From contig NC_067403.1 of the NCBI RefSeq assembly GCF_016432865.1, forward strand, positions 258,602,001 to 258,666,000: a stretch of 64,000 nucleotides of DNA. The letters run 5' to 3'. The notes under the pieces were generated by a model. It was given only the letters and a program-made list of their open reading frames with translations. It was not told the DNA's origin and did no database searches. Shown here piece after piece: positions 48,341-63,185 of the stretch (position 1 is the stretch's first letter; each line of letters starts with the position of its first letter). The translations under genes and the position numbers were made by a program. This DNA comes from Antechinus flavipes. Lineage: Eukaryota.

Positions 48341-51300
48341 TTACTCCCATCTCCACCTTCAAGCATTAGAGCCTCTCCTCCCCAGAAGTGTAGGTCAAGG
48401 GTAAGCAATGAAAAATATTCTAGTCTCACTTACTAGTGAGAAAAAGGGTTATTTCACTCATATTGGTAACCAATTATCCAATTAGGACGAAGATTTTTCA
48501 TTCCTATTAACTTATTCAGAAACCAACCCCTTGTAGGTTATTAAATCAGTTTCCAAAGGAAGTTGCTGATAGATGAGACATACGGGATTTTATTGATCAA
48601 TCTCCCACCATCAGCTTAGAACATTGCTAAACTCTGCATCATTCTCATTTTTTCTTCCCTTGGTTACACTTGGGCAAAAAGTCTAGAGATATGGAAATGT
48701 AGCCAGCTCTTCTCTACTACAAATTGAACCAAAACAGCGCTTTCAATGGATGAATCCACTTGGCAAATTTGATTAAAGCAATTTTGTTACTCAATTACAT
48801 CTTTTGATAAGACTCTAAAAGAATTGTTTCATAAAATACATGCTAATTAATTGATTGATAGAGAAAGGATTATCTCTTAACTCTGGCTTTGCTCTGGGAT
48901 TTCTTTGGGTAACTGAAAGAAACAAGGAAGCAGTACTGAGAGGGTGGGAGAGTCACCATGAATTATATAATTATATATATATGCAACAAAAAGTAATGGA
49001 AACTTACTTGCAATGAGATTTGGTTATTGTCACTAATCATGATAAATCAAAATTGATTGTGTTGAAAGTATTGTAATGGGAGGAAATTAGAGAACTAAAT
49101 GAGCCCTTATATGTATAAAAGGAATAAAATATATTTGCACCTATTTCCCAGAATTAAGATCTGAGGGGACCACAGACCCTTTAATAAACTGCCATTGGCT
49201 CAGAGCTTTCCCTCAGTCTAACTTATTGCAGGCTGGACATTTAAAATCTCCACATCACCACAACTAACCATCACATGAGCTAAATTCTATATGTCCCACA
49301 TCCTTAGTCAACCACTTCTAGAAAGGAGAGAAGGAAATGAAACACTTTCTTCCCTGATTTTTCTGTGTCAAACTGCAATAAGTATTTGCTCAGTACTTAT
49401 TTGGAGATTCTGGTCCCAGACTCATTTTTACCACTGAGCTTGGTGTTGGAATACAAGGACAATGAAATCGTCTCTACCCCGAAGTAGCTGGTATCGTACT
49501 GAGAGGAATCAGAGGGGAGCAGGATGCAGCCCCAGGTGTTCACCTTGTGCCAAACCAGATAATTGATCAGCACAGAACATGCCCAACAATAGATGTCTGG
49601 GACTATGGCTTCAGTTTCTCTTTATTGACAAATGATGAGATTTAGGGTCAAATGTCTGGGAAAGGATACATCAGTTAACTCAGACTAAGAATAGGAAAAA
49701 ATTAAGGAGATGTGGGACTCCCTCATACCCTGAGCCAGAATCTGCATTTGGAGGATTGGGAACATGATCTTTCATGCCCTTGTTCAGAGACTTCGTAAGC
49801 GCTCCAAACTCATTCTCCCTCCTAGCTGGGGGCCATATTTCAAAGAGTTTGAAGGTTGGGTGTTGCTTTTGCCCTCCAAGGGAAAAAGAAAGCATAAGAC
49901 CTCAGAAGCAGAAATTTCTGCTGCTCCCTACTTCCCAGGCTAATACCCAGCTGTGCACACAAATTTATAAAGGATTAAACTCACCAAAATCTTCAGTTGA
50001 TTCGAGGATGAAGAATAATGATGAAGAAAGGGTCCAGTTTCTGAACTTGCCTTTTTCCTCCCCAGATTCCTGGCCCTGGTTCTGCTGTTGATGCATGTAT
50101 CTGTCCTTCTCACTGGGAAATGAGAGTGGAGATAGGAGCAGGATTCAGGATAGTTCCTCTCTTTCCATTATATTCTGTCCCTTCCCCTTCTCCCAGTTAC
50201 ACTTATCTAGTCAAAAAGATTTTCTATTTGCTTTCATACTGGAGAGATGGAGATTTTTCCAAACTCTGATGTCAGGTAATAAATTCCCTAAAGCTTTCAA
50301 GTGCAGATGAGCTTCCTGAATGGTGTTGCTTTGGAAAAGACTTTGATTCTCTGTAAACACTGACCTTTACAGTAGGACTTAAGAGGAATAATATGTTAGA
50401 TTGATGTGGCCCATTATCCCCAATTAACTGGTCTTTCCCATTATCCTTGCATGTTTTTCAGTCATGGTAGTTACAACTTGAGGGAAAGAAAAAAAAAACA
50501 TTTCTTATTGTTCACATGGTCCATTAGGTCCTTTTCAAGCTCTTACAGAACTTTTCTGAAAAGAAATTGTGTATTCTCTTGTTGCCAGAGTTTTATACAG
50601 ATTGAAGAGGCTCAGGTTTTTTCAAACTACAAGTAGGTATTGGAATGAGGCTTTGAGTGGCTGGGACTATGGATTTCAAGGTTCCAATAAGGAAAAATGT
50701 ATATACAGTTATGAAGACACATATAGACATATAAATATATATGTGTGTTTGTGTGTGTACTTTTCCTCATTCACAAAATATATAATGCAACATACATATA
50801 TTTACAAGAACGTATAGTAATATACACAAATAAGTACACAGTGTAATGTGCCTTTTTATAACCACTTATTTTTATAATTTCTTATTTTTCTAAATAATAG
50901 CTTTATTGTTAAGGACCATGCCTAAGTGTGAAGGGACAGGTGGATTTTCCGAGGGCCCCCACATCTGTGAATATAACCCACTTGAAGGAATTGCAAAGCA
51001 GCCTTTACTGATGCAGATGTGGTTTGTGAATTGGAGAATGAAATAAATTGGAGGCAAGAAGGAAGAGGGGAGAGGTCACAGAATGCAACTGCCTCTCGGT
51101 CTCCTTGTATCCTTATCTTCCTCTCACATGAAAGGATCATTCTGCTGGTCAGAATTAGATCCCCAGCAGCCACAAGCAGGTGACTCCCATAATACTTTAT
51201 ATCTTGAAAATATACGCAAATGTAGTTTTCAACGATCTTTCTTGCAAAACGTTGTCTTCCAAAATTTTCTCCCTCTGTTTCCCCTCTCTCCTTCCTTTGA

Positions 51301-54300
51301 TAGCAAGTAATACAATATATGTTAAACATATGCCATTCTTCTATATGTATTTCCACATATAGCACGTGGCACAAGAAAAATCAGATCAAAAAGAGGAAAA
51401 AATTAGAAATTTAAAAGGCAAGCAAACAACAACAAAATGGTGAAAATACTAGGTTATGGGCCACATTTCAGTCCCCACAATCCTCTGTCTGGATGCAGAT
51501 GGCTCTCTCGATCACAAGTCTATTGGAATTGTCCTGAATCACCTCCATGAGCTCTTATTACCAAATCCAGTAGCCTTTTCTTAATCCTCATTCTCTTTGA
51601 CATTCTCACCTCTTTAGATTTTTGAGTAACCTCTCCTTGTTGTACTTTTACATATCTGACCGTTCCTTCTCAGTATCCTTTCTTAGATCCTCATCCAGGT
51701 AGTACCATCTAACCATGATTAACCTTTTGGGTTTCTTTTTTATTCCCATAGTGCCTGGCATACAGAAAGTACTTAATAAATGGCTACTGCCTTCCTCACT
51801 GACTGTTGATACCACCAGGACTGTAGACAAAGGTCATCCATATAATTCTGGCTGGAACTATTATGAGGTTTTGTTTAAGAACCTGAAACTTATGTTTTGG
51901 CAACTGAAATCTACCTGGGTCCTGACCTGTTATGAGACTCAAATGAAATAATGGAGGTATCACTTTTGATAAGGTACTTTTATAATATTTAAAGTACTAT
52001 AGAAATGCCAATTAAAGTAATAATATATGATTGCCTGGTGATGATGATGATGCTGATGCTGATGCTGATGGTTTAGTCACCCACTCTCCCTTTTCTTTAT
52101 GTTCTCTTTTTTGGAGAGGAAGTTGATTTACCTTCTGTGAATATGCTGGAACTATAGTCATTATTATAACTGCTGTTCCAGTTTACTCCAAACCATACAT
52201 GACCATTCTATTCTAGGTGCTAGAAAGAAATTAATAGCTGTGTATGAGGACCCAAAGCGGGGTTACCAAGGATAAGAATGCGTAGCATATGTGAGGCTGG
52301 GCAGATGATGTCGCATTGGGAGGTTCAGAAAAGTATCTTTCTTGTGGTACTTGCACAGTTCTGGAAATGAATATTTTTCAATCACCGACTTCTGAAGTGG
52401 TGAATATGTGTGGAACTGACATATTATACCCACTTTCACAGAGTGAATAAAAAAGTAAAATCAAAGTAATCTAAGATCAGGACTAATCAGACAGCAGGAG
52501 ATTTGATATGTGGCTGTACTTTAGTTCTAGTATCTTGTTAGGATTTGTATCTCAAAGCAACATCAGATCAAACATCTCTTGACCATAGCTCTTTGTTGCT
52601 GAGATTGTTTATGCCTCTGATACCCCCCTTTCAAGGGAGATTATTGACCATTCTGTATTCTATATTTGGATAATCTTCATCTAGATGCCCCAATGCTATA
52701 TTTTCTTTCTCCCCTCCTCCTATCTTCCTTTTCATTATCACTTTAATGAACATGGGATCTCTAACCTTGGCTTTCTTTTTTTTTCCCTCAAAAATTCTTT
52801 GGCAAGATTGGACAAAAAGTCCAGAGAAATAGATCTTTAGTCAGCTCTTCTGCATACTAGCGAGTAAACAAAATATCACTCTAAATGGGTGAATCCAAGG
52901 AGAAAATTTGATCAAAACTATTTTGTATTGTTGCCACAAATTGTTACCAAAATTACATTTTTTTGATAACTAAGAGAATTAGTAAAATTAGGGGGGGGGA
53001 AGAATTCTCTTAGGCTGAAAACCTAAACCTTAGCTACAAAATGGTGCTGTGTGGGATGGGAAGACCCCTACCCAAAATGACTACTTAGAGATCACTCAAA
53101 GGACAAAGCAGAAAGATTATTTATTATGTCATGAACATCTCATGAGAGGCAGGGAAATCCAGCTGTGGGAGATAAAGGAAAATGAAAGTACTTATAGCAG
53201 CAGGGCCAAAGAATTAGTGAATGTGCACAGCTTTTATAGATTTTGTTACAAGAGATTACATCACAAGTAAGAGAGCATTGAGGGGAGTGTATCTAATAGG
53301 TTGTTGCTGTCCCAAGAGATTGGAATGGATAGTTTGTGGCTTAGGCCTTCAGGCTTTAGATAATCGAGCTTACAGTTGTCAAGCTCATAGACTAGATATC
53401 AATAATTGTCAAACACTGATAAATGTCACCAACTTAGATTAAATAAATATGCCTTTAACTAACTAAGGTTTAAGTAAATATAGGCCTGCACATATTGTAC
53501 TTATGCAGGTCATATGGAAACACAGAAGTAATGAACATCAAGAAAAAGAATTCACACATTACTCTAAGTTCTTCATCTCTCCATTCCATACAGGGATGAG
53601 GCAGTCACTGGGTCACAGAGCTGTAGCAGGATACCTGGGTCCAAATTTTTCCAACCTTCTTTCCCCAGGGTCCTAAAGTATGACAATTTATTTTTTTTAA
53701 TTAAAGCTTTTCATTTTTCAAAGCATATGCATAGATAATTTTTCAACATTGACTGTTGCAAAACCTTGTGTTTCAAATTTCTCTCTCCTTTCCCCGACCC
53801 CCTCCCCTAGATGGCAAATAAGCCAATATATATTAAACTTGTTAAAATATGTTAAATCAAATACATACTAATTTAAATAATTATCATGCTGCAAATAAGA
53901 AAACCTACATATACAGTTATGAAGATAGATATATACATTTACTTCTATACATATGTATTTCTTTATTCATGGAATATACTTGTACAATATACATATGTGT
54001 AAGAACATATGGGAGTATACACTTATAAACAGAAAGGTTCAAAAGTAGGCCACAAAAAGATGAGGTTGCAGAATGGTGTCATGAGGTGACTCAAAAGAAT
54101 TTGAAGGCTTGAACCCATCTCCAAATCAAGGGACAATGTTTATTATAATTGTAACACCAATGGAAGTGGACTAAGTTCCAAAAGGATTTAGCAAAGCACC
54201 AGGAGCAAGAAGATAAATTTGTAGCAACTGACAGAGATTCAGTTCTTCATGTCACTGATCTGCTAACTGTATGGCTTAGAGGTAGAACTGAGGCATGGTC

Positions 54301-57300
54301 TGATATGCACTTCAATATTGAATTTTCTGGTTTAGAGGTGGGGCTGAGGACTAGTCCGGTGTGCACCTCACCATTTGTCTCAGAAACCCTGTCATCCTGA
54401 TCAACAGATTGTTATCATAGTCAACAATTTTTGCAGGACTCCACTATAGTATTCCTAAGGCCCGGAGACTTTAAAATCATCAACAAACAGGTTGTTAGAA
54501 CAATAGCATTCCTAAGGTCTGAGGTCCTCAGGATTACTGCTATATTTCCCCTAGAAACTATACCCTATCAATCTGCTCTCAAGCAGTTTGTAGCCCAAAT
54601 GAATTTGTGACAAAGGGAGGAAGGTTAGATTTTCTGGAGCTGCTTTAGGCCTATAAGGACTGTAGATCTGGCCTTGTCTAGTGGGACCCAGACTCAGGAG
54701 GGGAGACACATGACTCGAAGGTGGTGGCAGCAGTATCCAGGGGGTGTTGAGTGTCAGAATCAGGTATGAGGTGATATTCTGGTCAGCCAAGTATTTGGAA
54801 TTTCATTATTTGGAACCTGGAAGAAACAACTTTTGCAAGTAGATTAAAAATTCAAGGACCAAAAGTGAACAAAAAAAAAATAAACAAAAGTAATTTAGTA
54901 TGGTGGTTACCCCATACCAGGAACCCCACCCAGAGGAAGAGTGTGTGTTGGGGGAGAATAGACGAGGCTATCATGAGTGTCTCTCATCCAGACAGCTTTT
55001 CCTAGGAAAAATACCAAAGAACCTTTTCCCCAATTCCCTGCTTCTTTTTCCTCAAAGGAGTAGGGTCAATGGGAGGAATAGCAGCAGTATACACAGTGCA
55101 AGGAGTGCTCAGGTGACCTAGGATGCAAGGACCATAATGTTGAAAAGGCATTAAGACATTAAGCATTGGCTAGAAAAAAATAACATGCAGTGTGGAGATC
55201 ATAATTAATCTTAAGTGCTTTGGCCGCAGCTTGGGTTATTTGAGAAGTGAAATTGGGCTAATGATACTCCATAAAGAACTGGGCAGGTCAAAATGAGGCA
55301 AGATTTCCTTTAGCAAAAAAAAACGCAGTCTTTTCAGTCTTACAAAAGAAGGCTTCTATCCAATTAGTAGAGGTGCCAAGAAAAACCAAAAGCAGTTTGA
55401 CTTTCCTTCGTGTGGGGGGCATCTGTGTAAAAGCTTTGATGAGGGGAGAGTTTGGCCCTCTGAGCAGAGATTCCAGGGGGAGAGAGGCTTAGCCTCCAAG
55501 GTGCTATTGAGACTCACCACAGAGTAACCTGCCTTCCTTTGTCCATTTTCAAGAAACTGCACCCATCAGTAAGTCATTCACTGTCTGGGTTGTAAGAAGA
55601 ATGTTCTGTTTTCCTAAAGTTCCCAAATTCTTAAATCTTCTGTTAACACAGTCACTGCAAATAGACTACACTTTACATATTCCTTAGTGGGCTTTGATGA
55701 GAGCTCCTTTAAAACTGCTTATACTATCATATCCCAAATAACAAATTTCAGTGAATTGAGTGTAGTTTCTTTCTCTTCCTCTCACCCTTTCATCCATGTA
55801 TCCCTGCTCCAGTCATGGAAAGAGGGAAGGAGGAAGAAAGAGAAATAGACTTTCTTTCTTCTATTCACGATCCTCTTAGTCTTGGGGAGGCCTTAATCTA
55901 GTCCAATTTGCTTCCAAATTACATTACACACACCCAAAAATCATTTGTCTCAACAATGGCATTGTGTGTTGTTCATATTGAAAAACCCCATGTAAAGATA
56001 TCAAATATGAAGCAGTTATATACCATAAAACAGTGAACATTCACATTGCATTTTTTTATGCTAAGCACTTTTGCAATCATGTGATCTTCACAACAACAAT
56101 CATTATTTCTCTTTACAAATCAGAAAACTAGGCTGAGATAAAATAATTTGCTAGAAATTACACAGTTAATACATATCTCAAACTGCAATAGAGAATAGTG
56201 GACTTACCAAATGCAGAGCTTGAGTGGCTTTCTCATCTTACACTGCCTGTTGAACACTGCCAGAGGCATCAGATTCTTCTCAGGAAGTTGCTGGACAGAA
56301 CCTGCTGAAGGTTGGGGCAGTTGTGCCAGGATCTCCCTTTGTTAGTAGTTTCCAGTGCCAGGATGGAGCAAATGCTGACCATGGTCCTGACCTCTATTTC
56401 CTCAAGCTGGATTGGCGAGCTGTTTGGATAAGGTATATGGGGTCTCCATGGCTGTTGCTGCATCAGTCTTGTTAGCAATCTCCACCACTGAGATACACTT
56501 AAGACTCCAGGGAGTGGAGCATGCTTAATGATCAGGTTTCTGGGATATTTTCCCAATGCAACAGAAGGGACTTCAGACAAGATAGAAATCAAGGAAGGAC
56601 AAGCAAAAAGTTACTTTAAATTTTTTTTTCTTTTTTCATGCCCTTCCTTCAGAACAGGGTAAATCCCAAGAATTATCCCTAATGTTTCAAGAATTTTTCT
56701 TGCAATCTTAAAATGACTAATTGCCAAGGTGCTTAACTGTTGCTCTCAAAATCTTGAGAATCTGCTAAGATATTATTTGGCAGTTCTGTAATTTTAATTA
56801 GTTAACTTTATTTCTGTAAACTTGGCCAGAGCTGGGGTCCAAAGAAAAAAATCAGGCTTTTTCTCCTTTTAAGGTGAGAGTCAAGGATGTTAAAAAGTTT
56901 TTCCTAGCATTCAAACTACATTATACAATTTTTTTTCTTGCTGGCTGTATTTTAAATCTTTTCAGGTAACAGAATCTAGCTCACAAAACAAACCTGATGC
57001 AGGCATTCTGTACAGAGATGTGGACACAGAAAAAAGACATGGAAGAAAACTGTCCCTTTTTTTTTTGAGATAAAAAGTAAGATATGTAAATCCTAATATT
57101 TTCATCCTGCTCATCTAAAGCAAACACTTTGCTTACTGGGTAGTGAGTAATGGATCTGAAAATAAGGGGGTAAAAGGAATAACCCCACTTCTCTATGCTT
57201 AAGGGTAGCATTTTGTGTTTTTAGAGGTGTTTGAGTCCCCAGTGTTGCAAAGGGAACTAGTGTAATGTCTGTCCATCTAAGATTTTTAAAATGTACTTTT

Positions 57301-57651
57301 CTCTATATTATTCCTATTTCTGCTTTCATTTTTTTTTTGCCAGACCCAGTTTGCCTCGTCTTTCCAATTCAAACTAACCTGAACTATTCCTAAGTTAACC
57401 TTTTGTCCTTGGAGGAGAGATTCAAGATCCAAGACTGTCCTGATTAGATTGCCTCCTTAATGATAAAAGATCTCTGCAGCTTGGAGTTACGCCCAGTCTC
57501 TCTGAATGTGTGATAGGCTCCCCCAAACCCTTTCCCCATATCCTGGAGTTAGTCTCGGTTTTCCTTTAGATGGGGACCTCCTGTGTCCCCAACTTCCCAA
57601 GTCCTAAAATACTCTTATGACTCTAAATACATAGAAGGGTGTATCTCTTTC

Positions 57652-58041
57652 NNNNNNNNNNNNNNNNNNNNNNNNNNNNNNNNNNNNNNNNNNNNNNNNN
57701 NNNNNNNNNNNNNNNNNNNNNNNNNNNNNNNNNNNNNNNNNNNNNNNNNNNNNNNNNNNNNNNNNNNNNNNNNNNNNNNNNNNNNNNNNNNNNNNNNNNN
57801 NNNNNNNNNNNNNNNNNNNNNNNNNNNNNNNNNNNNNNNNNNNNNNNNNNNNNNNNNNNNNNNNNNNNNNNNNNNNNNNNNNNNNNNNNNNNNNNNNNNN
57901 NNNNNNNNNNNNNNNNNNNNNNNNNNNNNNNNNNNNNNNNCTCTTTCCATCTCTCTATCTTTCTCTGTCTTTCTTTCTGTGTCTCTGTCTCTGTTTGTCT
58001 CTGTCTCTCTCCCTCTCTTTCTCTCTCTCCCTCTCTCTCTA
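57652..58041. other. Assembly gap (N at 57652-57940) plus residual (CT)-rich repeat, unit D
   Basis: N run followed by a CT-rich tract. Confidence 0.97.
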
Positions 58042-58690
58042 GATGGAGATTGCCTCCAAGTGGCTTGGGGAACTCTGGGAATCATTTTTACCTGAACTTT
58101 CCCCTTTCCTTCCAAATTACCAGGCCATGGAATCTATGATTCCTTAAATCAGGAAAATGGGACAGAATTGTATTCAGTGAATAATTTGTTCCATTGAATA
58201 AACTTTTGCAGCCAAAGTAACTTACTTTGAATGAGGAAGGATAGAAGTAGTCTTTTGTATATTTTTATAACACAATATATTTTAAAATATTTTACCACTG
58301 ATAGACATACATCCACGCCTTAGAAATGTCATAAATATTTTAGCCTTTCAAATTAATTCTGAAAAAAGATCTAATTCTCAGTTGATATTTTAAGTATTTT
58401 AAGTTGATTTTCAATCATTCTGCTTAAATTCATTTAGAACTAACTCAAATTAAGCTGTAGATTTGGTATCTTTAATGTAAATTCAACTAATTTTTCAGTT
58501 CATCATTTTAGCTTTAAATGACTATTTCTCCCCTTTCCACTGAAAATTGTGATCTTCTTCCATATGGATTTCCAGGGAATAATCCCATAGATGAAACAAC
58601 ACAACCCTGAAATTGGCCAAGTGTTTTAAATCTGAGATCCTCCCTGGATAGTCAAATATGCTCTTGCTGACATTTAATGGAAAATCATCC

Positions 58691-59085
58691 TGTAGAGGGC
58701 TGGAAGGATTGCAGAGGGCTGGAACTCTGAAAAGGTGTACTTGAATCCAAGACAGCAGAGTATTTAAGGCTAAGTGGCTACTCAATGTGAGATAATGGTT
58801 CTATTAACATATACTTAGATAGATGGATCTCCTCACAATTAGAGCTTGCTGAATGTGTTGTGGTGAGGTAATCCTAGGAAGGATTGAAGGGTTGAGTGAG
58901 AGATTCAGAATCTCAGCTTGCTCAAGACTTCAGACTCCAGACTTCAGAGTACAGGATCCATCCTTGACCAGACACATGGCAGCTTGCCTACCTCCTTCAT
59001 TTCTCCTCCTAAAAATCCAGGATTGTGATTAATCCTGACTTTGACTGATCCTGAGGCCCTCCAGAAAGCTATCCCGGACATTACA
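58691..59085 (+). mobile_element. Solo ERV LTR, unit D
   Basis: Same termini; perfect TSD tcatcc / tcatcc. Confidence 0.82.
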
Positions 59086-61912
59086 TCATCCAATTTAAAT
59101 CAGGGCTTGCACTAAAACAGCAAATACAGAATGGAAATTCCCGATTTTATTATGGCTGAGTTCTCCCTTGGACGCTGCTATGTCTGATGCTTAAATATTG
59201 ACTTTGCAAAATTATTATTACTAATTCATCTCTAACAAATCACAGTGACCATTCATTGTTGATGGGATTTTAGTAGCCATATTAGTAATGATGATGAAAA
59301 ATGAAAACTTACTGCATTTTAAGTTTCCAGGATAAGTCCTTGCCATGTGGCCAGAAAGGTAGTTCTCTTTTATGTAAGATGTGTTTTAGTTGTAGAATAT
59401 AAACTTTATCCACATGATGAATGACACCCCTTTCCAACTGGAAGCAGACAGTTCTGGCAGAAGAGAGAGATTTCCAGCCCTTGTCCCCAGAATTTCTGCT
59501 CCCCAGGAGATAGAAAAGGGGGAAATGGTGGGTCACAGCCCAGGGACTACTATCTAACCAAAGATGGTGAAGCATTTAAAATCTTTTTGCTCCTGATTTG
59601 TCTGCAAGAAAACCTGCATCCTAACTTATCTTCCTTAACTCTCTTTAACCATTTTGTAGGCTATTAATTGCTAGGTAAGTGCTAAATTTTCAAATTGCTG
59701 GTGTGCTAGATCTTCAGTCTAGCAAACCTGCTGGCCTCCTTCCCCTAAAGATAAGAGGGTTCCCCAATTTAAGGCCCACTTTTTCAGAGTAGCATGTTTT
59801 CCAGGAAAGCTCAGTTTCTTTCCTGGGGTGCAGGGTAACTTAATAATCAACTGGGGTACTGTTGGTTGGATTTATTTGGGGACTCCTCAGATTGTTTCCT
59901 TTTGCATCAACTCTACTTTTCTGGGTCTCTGGGATTGTGAGAGGCAGATCTTGAGGATTGAGACTGGAACCTTCCGGTCAAAAGTACCTTTTGGTAGTGT
60001 GTGTGGGGGGTCTGGTGCAAACCCCCATTTCCCAATTAACTAATCAGAGACATCATCAGGTAGAAAGAGAAAGCATTTATTTAATCCTTGCAGAGAGAGA
60101 CCCATACACAGCTGGGAGCTATCCCAACTCCCCCATGTGCTCCTGGAACCTGGCCAGCTTCTGGCTTGTCCAGGACTTAAAAGCAAAACACCCAAGAGTT
60201 TTCATTGGATAGACAAAACGATATAACCATCCTTGACCAATGGTGACCAATTGAGAACAGTGGTCTATGTCTTTATGCCTCAATTTTCTGGGATTTGTGC
60301 TTGTGTTTCAGTATCTTTGACACACTCTCCCCATTTCTGGCACGAGGGATGGGGTAGTCATTGGTCCACAGACCTGTAGCAGGATACCTGGGTCCAAATT
60401 TTTCCAACCTTCTTCCCCCAGGGTCCTAAAGCATGCCAATTTCATTTTTTAAATTAAAGCTTTTTATTTTTTTAAAGCATATGCATAGATAATTTTTCTA
60501 CACTGACTCCTGCAAAACCTTGTGTTTCAAATTTCCCTCTCCTTCCCCTCACCCCCTCTCCTAGATGGCAAGTAAGCCAATATATATTAAACATGTTAAA
60601 ATATGTTAAATCCAATATATATGTATACACACATATATTTATACAATTATTGTGCTATACAAGCAAAATCAAAAAAGAAAAAATGAGAGAAAACAAACTG
60701 CAAATAAACAACACCAAAAAGAGGGAAAATGCTATGTTGTGATCCACACTCAGTTCCCACAGTCCTCTCTCTGCGTGCAGATGGCTCTCTTCATCACAGA
60801 TCATTGGAACTGCTGTCTACCAATTTCTTTAAGCCCTGTGGATGGACTGGAAAGGGCAGGTTTCTGTCACCTTAAACTTTGAGGCTGTATTTATGTTTAA
60901 ATTGGAATCATTGTTTTGAAATTGAATAAGATCATTACTATTAACTACTGCATGCTAAACTTGTGAACTTGTTTATTCTAGTATATAAGACTTTAGAAAT
61001 ATATGTGCATTGAAGTATTATTACTAGAAATTTTAATCCATATTTGATTTGATTTTAAGTTAAAATTTTTTTTGGTTCTCTGGTAACTTATCTAAAGAAG
61101 TCACATGTTTACATCTTCTAATTAGATGAAACACATGGGGAAAATAGTAGCACCCACATTCCAGGTATAATTTTGTGACAATTCATTCAAAAGTTTGGAG
61201 AGGCTGCTTCTAGATGTCCTTGAGAGAGTGAAGAGCTTTATCTGCCTCTTTTAGAATATGGACAGGGATTCCTTGAGAGGGTCTTCTTGACTTCTGGTAG
61301 GATGATGAAATTCCCTTTTTTTGCTGGTGTCTACATTGGTACAAGGCAGAGCACACTGTGCATGCTATGAGTACTTGACTCATTTTCAAGCTATACAAAG
61401 TTGATTACAAAACTTTTGTTACTTACAATTATTTTACTGAGGTAAAATGTTTAACAACTTTTCACCAAACTGCTTTTCAGAAACCCCTTTTATTCAGCAA
61501 CAACATCATGCTGAGAAATTTCCTGGCCCCTCTCTGTTCCATCAGCATCCTTCTGCTAGCCTCTCCCCCTTGGTCAAACACTCCCCTTTGTGTTCAGATT
61601 TCCAATTAAATTCGGTGCTCCTTTGCTCCCCTCTTAACAGGAACTGTTATATTATGACTGTACATTATGACTGAGGGGAAGTTATACCAGAAATGTTGAA
61701 TTGGTTTAACATAAAGAAAAATATCAGCATAATTGATCACATGAATAATAAAGGTTAAGAAGAACCATGAGTTTACACCATTTGGTGTCTGAACCAAGTA
61801 TAATATGGAACTGGAAACCACTGAGGAAGAAGTAAGGTCCTTGTCACTTGAGGAATCAAATGGGGCTGAATGATTTTCTGAATTGAGATATTACACAGGA
61901 AATGGTTCTTCA

Positions 61913-61917
<5 letters not shown>

Positions 61918-61948
<31 letters not shown>
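61918..61948. repeat. (GT)n microsatellite
   Basis: Read directly. Confidence 0.95.
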
Positions 61949-61950
<2 letters not shown>

Positions 61951-63185
61951 TTCCTGTGTTGTATGCATGTTGTGCGATATGTTTGTGTGGTGTGGGTGCT
62001 ATGTATGGGTGTGAAATGATGTGTCTCCTTCCCTTGTATTGATCTCATTAGGTTGTGCCCTGTCATATATCACCCCTACAACACCTGCATTCATCAGAAA
62101 CTGGGGCATGAAGAGTGCAGAGAGATTGGAATAGAGTCAGAGAAACTCAGAGAGACCTGGACAGAGAGGACACAAGAAGGGATGCTGAGCTCCAGCCTTG
62201 CCCTTTATCTAGAGAAAAGGATTTGGCTCAGCTGGAGAGGAAAGGATGGGGAGAAGGGAAAGAGCCCTGGCAGGGAAGGGAGGGGGACATGGCTAAGCTG
62301 AAATCTCTTTTCCTGGCAGAGCACAGAGTTGGGGTAGGAACCCAGAGGCCTGAAGGAACTTAGTGGATCAAATCTGAGAGGAGACAAGGTTTGCAGTCAT
62401 AGTTCCTAGAATCATGAAGAGTCTGACCTGAATCCATGCCTTCACTTACAAAATGACAGGGTGGCCTGTCCACCAAGGATGGATTCCTTCTTCCTGTACT
62501 GTTTAGGACAAGGGTCATTTCTTGTAGAAGTTTCCTCTGGGCTGATGGCATATGAGACCCTGGACCGCACTTCCTAGGTAAAGACGCCTCCAGCAAGCTA
62601 GAGGGCTTCAAAAAGCACAGAGCACAGGGCCTGGGTCAAGAAGCTCTGAATTCCAGTCTAGTCTCACATACACTGAATCTCTTCCTGCCTCAGTTTCCTC
62701 AAGTGTAAAATGAATATCCTGAGAGCACTTACCTCTCAGGTATATTGTGAGGATTAAATGAGATATTTGTAAAGCACACAAGAGGTTTCCTGGTATTTTT
62801 TCTGGTAAGTTTGTTCTTCAGTCATATGAGTGACTCATCTGGAGTTTTCTTGGCAGAGAATGGAGTGTTTTGCCATTTCTGTCTCTAGCTCATTTTTCAG
62901 ATGAGCAAATTGAGGCAAACAGAGTTAAGTGATTTGGTCAGGGTCACAGAGTTGGCAAGTGTCTCAGGCCAGATCCCAGTTGTTTCCATTCCAGATCCTG
63001 GAGCTCTACCTTCTGCCATCCCCACCTGCCTGGCTTACACTTAATAAATGTTTGCTCATCCCTTAGAATGGAAACTCTGGACACAAACCTAAAGAATGAC
63101 AGAGGGAATTGTGATTTTCCTGGCAGGGAGGTGGGAAGGGCTGCAGGTGGCCTGGAGCAGGGACTTATTTCTTGGGCCTCTAGCC

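Larger units (their letters stand above)
47307..63185. repeat. Tandem segmental duplication unit D (15,879 bp)
   Basis: Collinear landmarks; both young L1 sites are empty here. Confidence 0.95.
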
